In this document: one piece after another, positions 23,026-34,763 of the stretch
Layout: the number at the start of each line of letters is the position of its first letter
How positions within the stretch are numbered: position 1 is the stretch's first letter
Assembly: GCA_043228905.1 (NCBI GenBank)
Contig: JBHGNT010000241.1
Location: 1-45,948 of the forward strand
Source: Azolla caroliniana
Taxonomy: Eukaryota > Plantae > Polypodiophyta
Direction of reading: 5' to 3'
DNA length: 45,948 nucleotides
Made by a program: the position numbers and the translations under genes
The notes under the pieces: model-generated
What the model was told of the DNA's origin: nothing
Databases searched by the model: none
What the model saw: only the letters and a program-made list of their open reading frames with translations

Positions 23026-24591
23026 TCTGCTTTCTCTTATTCTTGTTCTGTTTCTCGTTTCGAGGTCTGTTTCTAATATCTATGGGAGTTTGTGAGAGGT
23101 CCCTCAGGTGAAAGCAGCTTACATGGGAATGAAAGGGATCCTCTTAGCGGCATCTCTAGTAAGAGATGAAGCTAGGAGGTGGGCTGTCTAGTCCCTTAGC
23201 CTTCACCGAACCCATTATGCTCAGATGCATACAAAGGCTTATGGTTCCTGGCGAACTTAACACCCGAGGCCAAACCTCGCCTCGAATGTAGGAGCTGCTA
23301 TAAGTCACTTTATATAGAGACCTTCTTTCAGGGATCAAAAGGCCCCCACGACTCAAGCAGTTGGATGGTTGGATGGGGTGTTCTAAGACCTTTTTCATAG
23401 CGTCATACTACCCATACACGATTCCAAATCGGAATCTTTCCCGTCGCTACCGTCTTCGGTGGGTTAGGGGAGGTGGAGATCGGGCTCGGAAAAGATCCAG
23501 AACAGGGTCTCCTCTAATCAATCCCGAACAAGTTCTCGAAGCTGTAATCTTACGTAATGTCGTGTGATCAATTCAAGAACCGCTTCTGTTCTGCGCCGAT
23601 AATCTCAGGATCGCCGCACATTGTTTCTAGTTCGGAGAGAGACACGATCGCCTCTCCTTTCTCCAAAATCGATAGATACTGCCCCCGTAACCTCAGAGGC
23701 GAATTTTGCCATATACCCAACCCTAACCATGGGAAGGTTTCAGAACTGAGCAAACCAAGGTTCCCATCCCAAGGCGGCAGAGGTAAAACACCTGCTTGCT
23801 TGCTTGCTTGCTTGCTGGGGATGTTAGAACCAACCAGTGCCGATGAACCGGTTCATCATGAAGGCCGGCCCGGCCCGGCCCGGCCCGGCCGTTTTCACGC
23901 ATGAGGAGAAAGGTAGCCTTCTACCGCCCGCCGCCGAGAGAGCACCTCACGCGAAACCCGCTCCGCAACAACAAAGTCGAGCTAATTCGCCGAAGGCCTC
24001 TCGGAACTCAGAGAATCTGCAGAACAAGGGAACGGTCTGAGAAGTCACCTTAGCACTGCTGACGAGAGAGAATGATACCGAGGAAAGGAAAGGAAAGGAA
24101 AGGAAAGGAAAGGAAACATTTCTCCCTTTCCAGGAGAATCGGGGGGCGGGCAGATTCCAAGCTAACGACCGAGATGAAGGAAAATAAAAATGGGAAAGGG
24201 TAGTAAGTGGGAAACAGGAGGAATGGATGATGATGGAACGGTGATGTATCAGATAAGGTGGACCAGCGCTGATAGACAACGGAGAGTAGAACCTGAACCC
24301 GACTCTATCGTTGGGTATTCGACCCCTGAACCTTTGGCCGGGTACTCATCTAATGCATTCCGAAAAATACAGTAGGAATTGGACCTACCGAGCACCGTAT
24401 AGAATCGTAAAAGGAAGACAACTAGGTGATTCGTCGAGCCCCAACCGGCCGGATCCCCTGCCCTTGATGTTATAAGCCCACCTTCAAAGCAAAGCTGGCC
24501 CGCTGAACCCCACAACGTCAGGCTTTTCAACCAGTCAAGTTTCCATTGACCTGCATTCTGCTTGGGGAAGGGCAAGGCCCATACCTTGTTG

Positions 24592-25389
24592 TCATAAGCC
24601 CCCCCACCAATAGATAGGGACAGATGGAAATGACCGAACCACGTCCACAGAATGCCGGTACCGAGCAGCTGCTTCGAAGCCGAAGTGATGCGAAGGACTA
24701 AAATGACCTATATATTAACAAATACCGCGTATCGTCGAGAGAATGGTCCCTGTAGTAACGTAGGACCCATAAGACCCGATGGCTAAGAGGAAAGTAAAAC
24801 CATAAATACCGTCGGAAATGATGAAGAGTGCTTCGTAATATTCCATTCCCTAAAACCCGGTGGGAACTGGAGCCAGCCGAACGATAGCTACTAAAGCGTG
24901 AACCGCTTATTATTTTAAACCTGCGAGTATGGCATGATGAGCCCAAGTCACGGCAGCTCCAGAGGAAAGGAGAATAAGGGTATTTAGAAAAGGGATTCCC
25001 CAGGGATTTAAAACCTCAACTCCTTTGGGGGGCCGAATAGCTCCGATCTCTACCGCGAGTGCCAAAGATAAATAAAAGAAAGCCCAAAAAAAGGCTAGAA
25101 GAGACATAACCTCCGAGACGATAAACAAGAGAAAACCGTAGCGAAGCCCTAATTATACCACTTTGGTATGACGTCCTTCGTAAGTAAATTCACATGTAAC
25201 ATCGCGCCGCCATACAAACATGGTGTATAAGATCAAGCTTAGGCCTAAAGTGAGGAGTGTTCCGTCTCCCGCGAATGAATGCATATACATAACAGCACCG
25301 ATGGTGCTTGCTAAGGCTCCGAGTAACCCCAGGAGAGACCATGGACTTGAATCCACCGGATGATAGGGATGCTCTTAGGAGACACTCGT
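24592..25389 (-). CDS. cox3: cytochrome c oxidase subunit 3, intronless, 265 aa (ACG>AUG start)
   Basis: [70 protein letters not shown] after editing; 798 nt. Confidence 0.95.
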
Positions 25390-25749
25390 GTTATTTATTT
25401 AATGAATTCACACGAAACGGTTTGTACATGAAAGAGTCTTGGCTACTATAATCAATGTAAGGGAGATGAATCCTATTGCAAATACAATCGGAATGAAGAA
25501 ATCCTAAAATCCAATAATCAGTTCCACAACCGAAGAGACTTCTAGATCTTTCAGGATTTCTAGGCCACCCGAAAGATCGGGTAGTGTATTCTACGACAGA
25601 TTGAGGAGCACCTGCGGGAACAACTCTTCGTTGTTATTTTAAAGAGTTGCGATGTCCTCGTGCAATTCGGTCTATAATCTTTCTAAGCTGTTTATGACTA
25701 TGGGCATGTCTTATCCAATCTGTTTCTTTTCCTCGGTGCTTTATACCTA

Positions 25750-26434
25750 GGGCAGTCTCCTGCATTCATGGCAGTTCCTATGGTTGCAAAAACAACAAGG
25801 AGTCGGTTCCCGTATATACCCGGCTTTTCTTGTATGCTTTCGGCAAGCAAAAAAAACGCTAGCGGGCCTACCACGCTTCGCGCCTGCGTCTTTGCCAGAC
25901 AGTATTTGCCAGTAGTGCCATCCCACCCGACCTGAGGATTTAGTTTGTCCCTTGCGGGCAGGCAGTTGGTCTACCCATCCCAACATGAAACAAGTGTAAG
26001 TTGAAACGAAACCTCGGGCCGGTTACACGTTCCACTGTGCCGAAATGCGGAGGGTGCTGGTCGTAATAGTTACCCCGCGGGGTATGCGCGTGCGCTCTTG
26101 ACGGGCACTCCAGGACCCGCCAACGCGTTCTTGTTTCCGAGAACCCCCGGGGAACCGTTGGCTCGCTCGTGAGATAACCAAAATCGGAAGTAGAGGACGG
26201 CAGGTTCTCCCGCACTCATTTATTCTGACCTCTGATACAGATAACGAGGCCACCTTTACGACCTTCTCCCTTCCTTCCCTTTTTAGGTTCGCCTCACTTG
26301 AGTTGCTCGACAAACCGAACTCGGTGCTTACGACGCGGAAGTTGCCTTCGCGCGCCGCCCGTGCCAGGGAACAAGCGGAGCATCGCTAACGGCTTTCATC
26401 CGGCCGACTCGGCGCCAGCAGCTTCATGCCGCAC
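25750..26434 (-). other. nad7: 5' portion of group II intron nad7i140g2 (no domain V/VI found; lower boundary uncertain)
   Basis: Starts GTGCGGCATGAAGC right after CDS nucleotide 140. No DV motif or exon 2 between here and the cox3 start. Confidence 0.75.
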
Positions 26435-26574
26435 TAGAATAATCCAATATGCGGTTCCGCACGTTCTACCGCTTCTCCATTCGTTTCCGATACTGATCAT
26501 GAAACACCATAAACAGCAAGGTGCTAAAGTCCAGGATTCGAAGTGAAATTCTTGATTTGCCTGTTAGACGCCGT
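26435..26574 (-). CDS. nad7: NADH dehydrogenase subunit 7, exon 1 (140 nt, ACG>AUG start)
   Basis: [47 protein letters not shown] after editing. Confidence 0.92.
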
Positions 26575-26604
26575 ATTGAACCATTCTTGCTTGTTCCTCC
26601 CACC

Positions 26605-26688
26605 AGCCCACGACCGGACTCGAACCGGCTAGTTTCCCGCCAACCCGGGTGGTACATAGGAATGCTCTATCCTTTGAGCTACGTGAGC
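26605..26688 (-). pseudogene. tRNA-like element, probably derived from trnT, with a 19-nt anticodon loop (t-element candidate)
   Basis: Acceptor GCTCACG/CGTGGGC, D-arm GCTC/GAGC and T-arm GCCGG-TTCGAGT-CCGGT are intact. The anticodon stem TTCCT/GGGAA closes ATGTACCACCCGGGTTGGC. Sits upstream of nad7, as in the ancestral trnT-nad7 linkage. Confidence 0.75.
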
Positions 26689-27167
26689 CAAAATAGCCAC
26701 TGCTGTTTCTATTACTAAAAAATTGTTCTCCGCGGGCTTTCATCGTGCGTGCTAGGTTGTTGGCCAAGACTAGTTACTAGTCCGCCAATTTCTTATTGTT
26801 AGAAAAAAAGAAGCTGGTCATCATTTACTAATATCCAGGACTTGTCGTAGTCAGGAACCAGGTCGCTAGGTAGTTTCTGACGATATGTTTTGTTCCGAAT
26901 TCATTCGGGATACCACCATTAGCAATATAAGAGGATCCAACAATCAATCAATCAATCGCGCGCGGGGAACCAAAGGAAACCATTCCCGCCCTTGCCCTTA
27001 AGGCTACCCTGCGGACCGGGACTTGATACCAACTAGCGCGAACTCCCTTTACCTAATGCCGCCTTTACGGGCTTAGGAGCTTTGCGGGTTTCCGGGCCTT
27101 TGGCGGGATGCGGTAGTATTTCTAGTAACCGGCAGGGTCGAGTTATCGGTTCAACGTGAAAGAATTT

Positions 27168-27179
27168 TGTATATAAGTG
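27168..27179 (+). promoter_or_regulatory. possible mitochondrial promoter core upstream of nad5
   Basis: TGTATATAAGTG about 90 nt before the nad5 start, in the divergent nad7/nad5 spacer; resembles seed-plant mt promoter cores. Motif evidence only. Confidence 0.2.
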
Positions 27180-27269
27180 CGCATTCTGTAAAAGAAAAAA
27201 CGCTTTGCGTTTCCATTCTGGACAAACTGCCATGAATACCAAAAACAAGAAAGAAAGGATTCATTGAGT

Positions 27270-27499
27270 ACGTATTTACCAATAGTATCGTTGTCCTTGC
27301 CTGGTAGCTTTGTAGCAGGTGCTTCTGGTCGTTTTCCAGGGTCGAAAGGAACCGCTATAGTAACCATCACGTGCGTTTCATTCTTTTTCATTTTATTCCT
27401 GACCGTCTTTCATGAAGTCGCACTGGGAGCCAGTGCTTGCTATATAAAGATTGCTCCATGGATTTCCTTGGAGATGTTCGATGCTTCCCGGGGCTTCCT
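27270..27499 (+). CDS. nad5: NADH dehydrogenase subunit 5, exon 1 (230 nt, ACG>AUG start)
   Basis: [31 protein letters not shown]...IAPWI..EMFDASWGF after editing. Confidence 0.93.
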
Positions 27500-28352
27500 T
27501 GGCGACCGCGAAGCCACCGGATGAATTGCCGGATAGATAGATTATCCGGACGCTGCTGTTGCTCCGTGGCGAGACGGGCTCGACTCACTCTATGGGATAA
27601 TTTCCTCCCCTAGAGCCTCATAGCATGTCGAGAAAGGGGCCTACTGGACTCCGCCCGCCGAAAACTGCCCGCCCTCCCTTGGCGGCTCCCGACCGTGTCT
27701 CCAAGACACAGGTGAGGCTTACGGATCACGAACTACAGATCGGTGGAGAAGGGATCCCGGCTAGCGTCAGGCGAGGTCCCATATACAAAGTATATGTACA
27801 CCTCCACGCCGGCCGCAATACAGGCTATGGATAAGGCGCATCCCTCGCACATGCGCAGCAAGAGGGCGCAGATGCCTGGACAAGGAAAGGCCTGAGTCCG
27901 ATAAGGACAGCACACACACCATTGGCAAGCGCACTGTGCTTCAACAAGTGAGAGTATTCGGTGGAACCGGTGAACCATACATTCGCCAGCTGCTGGTTAA
28001 ATGCGTGGGGCAGAGGGCCCACAGTACCCGCCTCTTCGATCGGCAAAAACAACCAACCGGGAAGCGCCGCTTGAATCAACAGAAGGGAAGGGGCCTAAGT
28101 TGGCAGATGCCGTACACTCGAATGAGACGCGGGTGGGACCTTCCTGTTCTTCCTGGACACACGGAAGAAGAAGAAGTTATCCCTCTACTAACCGTAATCC
28201 CAAGTTGGTGAGCCGTGTGATGGGCGACCATCTTACACGGTTCGGAGAGCACTTGATTATGCCACTCGGGCGAACGCGTTGTGGTACGGATAAAAAACAA
28301 GCTCGCTTGATTTGCAGAGGGAAAGGCCCGGTGAAGTAACTTCCGACCCGGT
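27500..28352 (+). other. nad5: group II intron nad5i230g2
   Basis: 5' TGGCGACCG; domain V GAGCCGTGTGATGGGCGACCATCTTACACGGTTC near 28210. Confidence 0.9.
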
Positions 28353-29364
28353 GTTCGATAGTCCGACTGTAGTTATGTCAATTGTGGTGACATTCGTCAG
28401 TAGCTTGGTTTATCTCTATCTCATTTCATATATGTCCGAGGATCCGCATAGCCCCTGATTCATGTGTTATTCACCCATCTCTACCTCTTTTACGCTAATG
28501 TTGGTTATTGGAGATAACTTCATTTAATTACTTCCAGGACGGGAGGGAGCAGGTCCCGTTTTATATTTGTCGATTAATTTTCGGTTCGCATGACTTTAAG
28601 CTAATAAAGCAGCTATCAAAGCTATGCTTGTCAATTGAGTAGGTGATTCCGGATCAGCCCTCGGGATTATTGGTCGTTCCACTCCCTCTTAAGTAGTAGA
28701 CTCTCCTACTACTTTCGCTTGTGCTAGTGTTTTCTCTGAACCCAATCACTATTTTCTTTCTCGTAATACGGGATTTTATGCCACAATTGTTATTCGTATC
28801 TCACCCCTTGTCGGCGCTATTGGAAAATTTGCATAAATGGGATTGCATACTCGGTTACCTGACGTAACGGAGGGTCTCACTCCAGTATCCGCTTTGATTT
28901 ACGCAGCTATTACGGTAATAGCAGGCGTATTTATGATAGCGAGGTGCTCCCCCTTATTCGAGTATTTACTCAATGCTTTGATTGTTATTACTTTTGTGGG
29001 AGCTATGACGTTATTCTTCGCGGTAACTACTGGAATGTTGTAAAATGATTTAAAGAGGGTCGTAGCTTATCTAATTCGTAGTCAATCAGGCTATACGATC
29101 TTTGCTCGCGGCATTCTTGATTATTCAGTTAGCGTATTTTATTTAACGAATTACGCTTTTTTTAAAGTATTACCCCCTTCGAGCGCAGGTTTAGTAATTC
29201 ATGCCATGTCGGATGAGCAAGATATGCGTAGAATGGGAGGGCTCGCTTCTCTGTTACCCTCCACTTATGCCATGATGCTTATAGGCAGCTTATTCTTAAT
29301 TGGATTCCCTTTCTTGACCGGATTTTATTCTAAAGATGCGATTTCGGAGCCTGCTTATACCAAA
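28353..29364 (+). CDS. nad5: nad5 exon 2 (1012 nt)
   Basis: [81 protein letters not shown] after editing. Confidence 0.94.
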
Positions 29365-30290
29365 GTGCGACTTGAAGGACATGAGACAATGTGTATAGCC
29401 CTCCTATAAGAGTAAGAGAAAGGGGCTATATCGCCATCCCAGCCTGGCGGGAGGCTCTTACCCCACCATGCGTTCTTTTGGGGAGGGTGTGAAGCATGGA
29501 AGCGGAGAATATACAATACAACATAGAACCCGCTAAGAGAAGCGAGACTATTCTTTTTGATCAACCACAGCAGGCAGCAGTGAACTGTGCGACGACGCTT
29601 CGTAAAAGCGACCTAGCACCTATGAGCTGTAATTGAGTAGGCCCCTGTAGGGATGTGATTTAGGACACGACGTTTGGTTGCGTGCCCCGATCGGCAAATG
29701 ATCACCGGAGTATAGCACAGGATCGCTTTTTCTTGTAATAAAGTCAACATGTCGACAAGGTAAACCCAATGGGCTCCCCTCGGGAGGTCTGGTCGTAGGA
29801 TCAGATACCGTCCAGTGGACAGAAGACGATCCGAAAAGCTTTGGCTCACCCTCAAACAAAGGTAAGATAGGCGACAATTTGCCGACCCAGTGTGCTGACT
29901 CGAATCCTGGATGACGAAACGCTGTTACCGGGCCACTTCTATTGACCACATGGGAGTAGAAGCGGCCGGGACCGCGAGCGGTACTAAGTGAATATGAGTC
30001 AATCACGACGAAGTTGCGACGAGGGAAGGGAAAAAATTTGACTTTCGTGCGTGCCCCAAAAGAAAAGGAGAGAAGAATATTACAAACCAACTGGGGAGAG
30101 CAAATTGGAAACGAGCAAATACGCAACTTGCGGCGGAGTGATAGCAGAACACTACGTGGGCCCATCGGTGACCTGCTGAGGCCGGCCCAGCCGTCACTCT
30201 TCTTCGCCGCTTGAGCCGTATGCGAGGAAACTTGCACGTGCGGTTCTTTGAGGGGGAAAAGCTTGCTTGAAAGAGCCTATCCATCCCGAT
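29365..30290 (+). other. nad5: group II intron nad5i1242g2
   Basis: 5' GTGCGACTTG; domain V GAGCCGTATGCGAGGAAACTTGCACGTGCGGTTC; 3' CCCGAT. Confidence 0.93.
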
Positions 30291-30503
30291 TATACCATTA
30301 GTGGTAACTTTGTTTTCCGGTCGGGAAGCGTCTCTGTCTTCTTCACTCCCTATCACTCTTCTCGTTTACCTTTCCTAACATTTTCAGCATCAACTAATTC
30401 ATTCAAGCGAGACATCTTACGATGCCATGATGCGCCCATTCTTATGGCCATCCCTTTAATCCTCCTGGCTTTCGGAAGCATTTTCGTAGGATACTTGGCC
30501 AAA
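30291..30503 (+). CDS. nad5: nad5 exon 3 (213 nt)
   Basis: [34 protein letters not shown]. Confidence 0.94.
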
Positions 30504-32473
30504 GTGTGACCTGTTAGCCCATAAGTCAGTCCCGTGACGAAGCGGCTGTTGCTCACCCAGCACGATCTAAGCAAGGTGAACAATAATTGAGGATTGGATG
30601 CGAGCGAAACTCCCGCCAATGGCTGAGATGTTCAGTCGACTCTCTTCTCTTTGTAGGAGGTCTGGCAGCCTCTGAATCACGAGTAAGCAAAAAAGAAGGG
30701 AGGAAAGAGGCCCCGGCGAACCTTCATGAGTGAACAAGTGTAAGCTTTGCCGCCCGACAGTATCCAGTACTGACCACACTGAGGGACAGGCCCAGTGAGC
30801 AAAGGGCAAGAACGAAGGGTACAAGCAGTGTCAGTTTCTGGCCTTGCACCGAACATCCAATGGACTATGGACTAAGAAACGGCCACTGCATGAAAAGACT
30901 ATGTCCGGGAGACCGCCCCACGAGGTACATCTTGCGCCTACGGGCCGCTATAACTATCCAATACACTCGAAACTGGAGTATCCCGATAGGGTTCCCTTGT
31001 GGTGGGCCGCCGAGCTACAAGCTCTACGGGAGCAGGATTCTCCGAAAAGCGAAGGCCCTGACGAATAAAGGCTAGGGATATGCCCACTTGGAGACTTAGG
31101 ATCTCGATGGTCAATGGAAAGGGAAATGGATTGTAAGTAAGTTCTACATAGATAATACCTAAACAATACCTTGGTGGGAACAAATCCCCGCCCCGGTGGT
31201 AGCCTAAGACTAAGGCAGTTGTAGACCGGAATTTACCAACAAGCTTATTGCCCCAATGAACGATATGGGCAAGATGCGTGCTCTCCAATCTAGGCGACTC
31301 ATACAAGATATACACGCAAGACTCTAGTAAGACAAGTCACACAGGGTAACCGAGGGAAAAACAAACACCCCGGGGAAGGGAAGGGAAGGGAAGGGAAGGG
31401 AAGGGAAGGGAAGGGAAGGGAAGACCTCGACAATAGGGTGAGTGGTGACCTTAGGGCCGGGATAGAGACGGCGGGCAGGAGGAGGTCTTCTGTTGGGTGG
31501 AAGGGCTACAGCACTCATTTGTTAAATATGGATACCAAAGCAGCCGAGAAAGAGGAAAGCGACCGCTGAGCGCCTTCATGATGAACCGGCGCGCGCGCGC
31601 GCCTTCATGATGAACCGCCTTCAGCCTTCATTCGTAAAGCCAACCACTAAACTAACAAGTGGGGGTGAGGTGAACCCTTTAGCGAAGTTGACCACACGAA
31701 TGAAGATTCAATGGGAACGCGAGTCCCGTCCCGTCCCGTCCCGTCCCGTCCCGTCCCGTCCCGTCCCTGAGAACACATCACATAAGGAAAGGTTCCCCAC
31801 CCCAGGGGAACCGGAGAGGGCCCTGAAGGTTCCTTTGCTTGCTTGCTTGCTTGCTTGCTTGCTCGTAAAGCCAACAAACAAAAAAGTGACTTCCAATAAA
31901 GAATACTCGACAACGGGGAGACTCGTAGGGCCTTTGGCCCGCCCTCTGTTGGGGCTATAAAAGCTGGGAAAAGCTATATAACCCTTCTTTCTTTTTACTT
32001 TCTTTTTCTAGTTGAAAAGGAATCTAACCTAGCCAGACCGAATAGTTGAATGGCTGGCTAAGAGTACATAGAGGTGGGACAGAAGCCCAATAAAACGTAA
32101 AGCGTTTTTTTCTTCTCCGGAATCAACAAAACTACAAACAACAAAGAAAAAGCTTTACAAACAAAGGCCAGAGGCCAAAGTGGCCCCAGCCCAAACGTGC
32201 CATTGTTTAGGTAATCTATATCTAAGTATACATATATCTAGAGATTGCCTTACATATCCATATAGAATCGTTTGAAGAAACAAAGACTTGACGAGGGGTG
32301 TTCATGTGCAGCAACCTTAACTCCTACACAGGCACTGCCATACCGAAAAGAATTCTTCGAACCTGTAAAGCCAACAAAAATCTTCGATCCTGGGAGAAGC
32401 CGTATGAGGCGGAAGCTTCACGTACGGTTTTGAAGCCGAGCCTTTCCAGCAGCAATGGAGCGGCTTAGGTACC
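30504..32473 (+). other. nad5: group II intron nad5i1455g2 (cis)
   Basis: 5' GTGTGACCTGTTAGCCC; domain V AAGCCGTATGAGGCGGAAGCTTCACGTACGGTTT; 3' TTAGGTACC. Confidence 0.92.
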
Positions 32474-32890
32474 GATATGATGATTGGTTTAGGCACCAAT
32501 TTTCGGGCCAATTCCCTTTCAATGCTACCCAAAAATGAGATTCTTGCCGAATCTGAGTTTGCTACTCCAATCACAATCAAACCAGTACCTATTACGTTTA
32601 GCATCTTAGGGGCTTTTACGGCGTATAATGTAAATCTTTTCGCGAACGAATTCCTTTTCGCTTTCGGAACCAGTACTTTCGGTAATGGACTTTATTGCTT
32701 TCTGAATAAGCGCCGGTTCTTTGACAAAGTTTTCAATGACTTTCTAGTGAGATCGTTTTTGCATTTCGGATACGAAGTCTCATTTAAAGCCTTAGACAAG
32801 GGTGCTATTGAGATCTCAGGTCCTTACGGGATTTCGTACACATTCCGGAAATTGGCCAAGCAAATAAGTTAACTTTAAAGTGGATTTGTT
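32474..32890 (+). CDS. nad5: nad5 exon 4 (417 nt; no intron at i1477)
   Basis: [44 protein letters not shown] after editing, contiguous. Confidence 0.94.
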
Positions 32891-33359
32891 GTGCGAAGAG
32901 TACGTCACGACCCGTTGGCCCTAAGCTCCGTGGTGGGTAAACGGTAAACTCGACTCTACGAGCCCAAGAAGGACAGTAAGGGCGGCGTAAAGACCGGAGT
33001 TGGTGTAGTGCTAGCAAGAACGTGAGTTAATGAGTCCCGGGCCTTTTGTCCACAAGGCGGCATGTCGAAATGAATAAAGGCATGGTGGGCGTATCTAACG
33101 AAGGTCGCGGTATGCCAGGTTTCGCTAAAGCAGGGAAAATCACAGCCCTCTGCCGCCCTTCCTCGAGAATAGCTACGCCGCCATAACTACATGTACGGTT
33201 AACAGTCTAGGGAGCAAAATAGCTAGAGCACGGGAAAATAACGATCTCGGCAAGAGCCATACATAACGACTACTAGTGCCGGCTCTGGGATCTCCTGTAA
33301 ACCCCTATACGGTATGTGGCGGATATTAGGGGAAGCAGTGATGGGGACTACCTCGAAAG

Positions 33360-33395
<36 letters not shown>

Positions 33396-33460
33396 GCAGA
33401 GAGCCGGATGAGGGGAGACCTTCACGTCCGGTTCGGAGGGCAGGGTGACCTTGACCCTAC
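32891..33460 (+). other. nad5: group II intron nad5i1872g2
   Basis: 5' GTGCGAAG; domain V GAGCCGGATGAGGGGAGACCTTCACGTCCGGTTC; 3' GACCCTAC. Confidence 0.93.
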
Positions 33461-33592
33461 TATCATTATGCTTTCGTTATGTTACTTGGATTAACCATAT
33501 TCGTGACCTCTTTCGGTACGTGGGATTTTCTACTTTTCTGGGTGGACAGTTGATTGTATCTCATTTTCATAGTTCGTAGTTTCTTCCTATAG
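33461..33592 (+). CDS. nad5: nad5 exon 5
   Basis: [21 protein letters not shown].. The stop TAG at 33590-33592 is tentative because of editing. Confidence 0.88.
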
Positions 33593-34082
33593 AACTCTTC
33601 AATACGAACCAACACTGGGGGAAGGTCCGATCCCTCCCCTCTATATCTTCTTTGAAAATAACACAAAGTGTTTCGATTTCTCTTCCATATAAATGAGGAT
33701 GTAGCTTGCTATACTTCCCGTCATGTCAGTCCCCATGAACTATCCTTCAGTCCTCATGAACTGTCCAATAATGCCATATTCGTCCCGTAGAGAGAATCGA
33801 GAGGACATTAAAAATAAGACTTTTAGCCTGTTCTTTTTCTGTAGCACTAGAAGTTTCCATATTAGACGTCGGCTTCTCGTTTGTTTCCAGAATGTAATTA
33901 TCTTCATCGTCATCTTCTGCTTTCCACAATTCTATTTTTTGTGGGTGCACGGGTGGGTTCCCTCTTGTATTTTGTAGTGAAGAATACCAGGTGCACTAGG
34001 AGCTTCCACATCTCGTCATTGCCAAGATGGGGTCGGGACAAACTGCCACTAATACAGAATGAGAGAAAGGAACAATAAAACC

Positions 34083-34691
34083 ATGCTACTCCTTGATGTT
34101 TTTCCGGGCATGGCTTTAGTCTCTGCTGTTACGGTCATACGTGCTAAAAACTCCGTCCATTCCGTTCTCTTTTTCATCCTCGTTTTCTGCAACACTTTAG
34201 GTTTACCTCTCTTGTCAGGTCCCGACTTCTCTGCTATGATCCTCTTAGTGGTTTATACAGGCGCGATTGCTGTGTCACTTCCATTTGTAGTGATGATGCC
34301 AGATATCAAAATAGCGGAAATCCACGAGAATATATTGCGCTATTTATCAGTAGGTGGTACTATTGGACTGATTTCCTGGTTGGAAATCTTTGTCATTCTA
34401 GACAATGATTACATTCCAATACTACCAACCAATTTGAATACAACCTATCTGAGATATACGGTTTATGCTGAAAGAATATAAAGTTGGACTAATTTGGAAA
34501 CATCAGGCAATTTACTTTATACCAACTATCTGGTTTTGTTCCCGGTGTCTAGTCTGATTTTATTAGTAGCCATGATCGGGGCTATAGTACCAACTATGCA
34601 TAAAACTGCTAAGGTCAAGAGACAGGATGTGTTCCAGCAGAATGCTATAGATTTTCGGAAGACCATCGGAAAGATACGCGCGCGAGAATAA
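34083..34691 (+). CDS. nad6: NADH dehydrogenase subunit 6
   Basis: VIRAKNPVHSVLF..VYIGAIAV..IHENILRYL..ETLGNLLYT..LLVAMIGAIVLTMHKT after editing. Internal TAA at 34479 needs U-to-C. Confidence 0.94.
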
Positions 34692-34712
34692 ACAAATACA
34701 AAGTCTTGCTGC

Positions 34713-34763
34713 CAAAGGAAAGGAAAGGAAAGGAAAGGAAAGGAAAGGAAAGGAAAGGAAAGG
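34713..34763. repeat. (GGAAA)n microsatellite just downstream of nad6
   Basis: About 10 units; a similar array lies at 24081-24116. Confidence 0.95.

Noticed and set aside
23600-23645. GTGCGGCG on the minus strand as the rps1 intron start
   Set aside because: It gives the wrong phase and peptide; 23001-23025 (MSFGQLFP) fits exactly.
26630-26665. Intron-containing nuclear-type tRNA-Tyr(GTA) reading of the tRNA-like element
   Set aside because: The body resembles mitochondrial trnT rather than eukaryotic tRNA-Tyr, and positions 32 and 37 do not fit.
29620-30237. 205-aa minus-strand ORF
   Set aside because: Antisense to intron nad5i1242; no recognisable domain.
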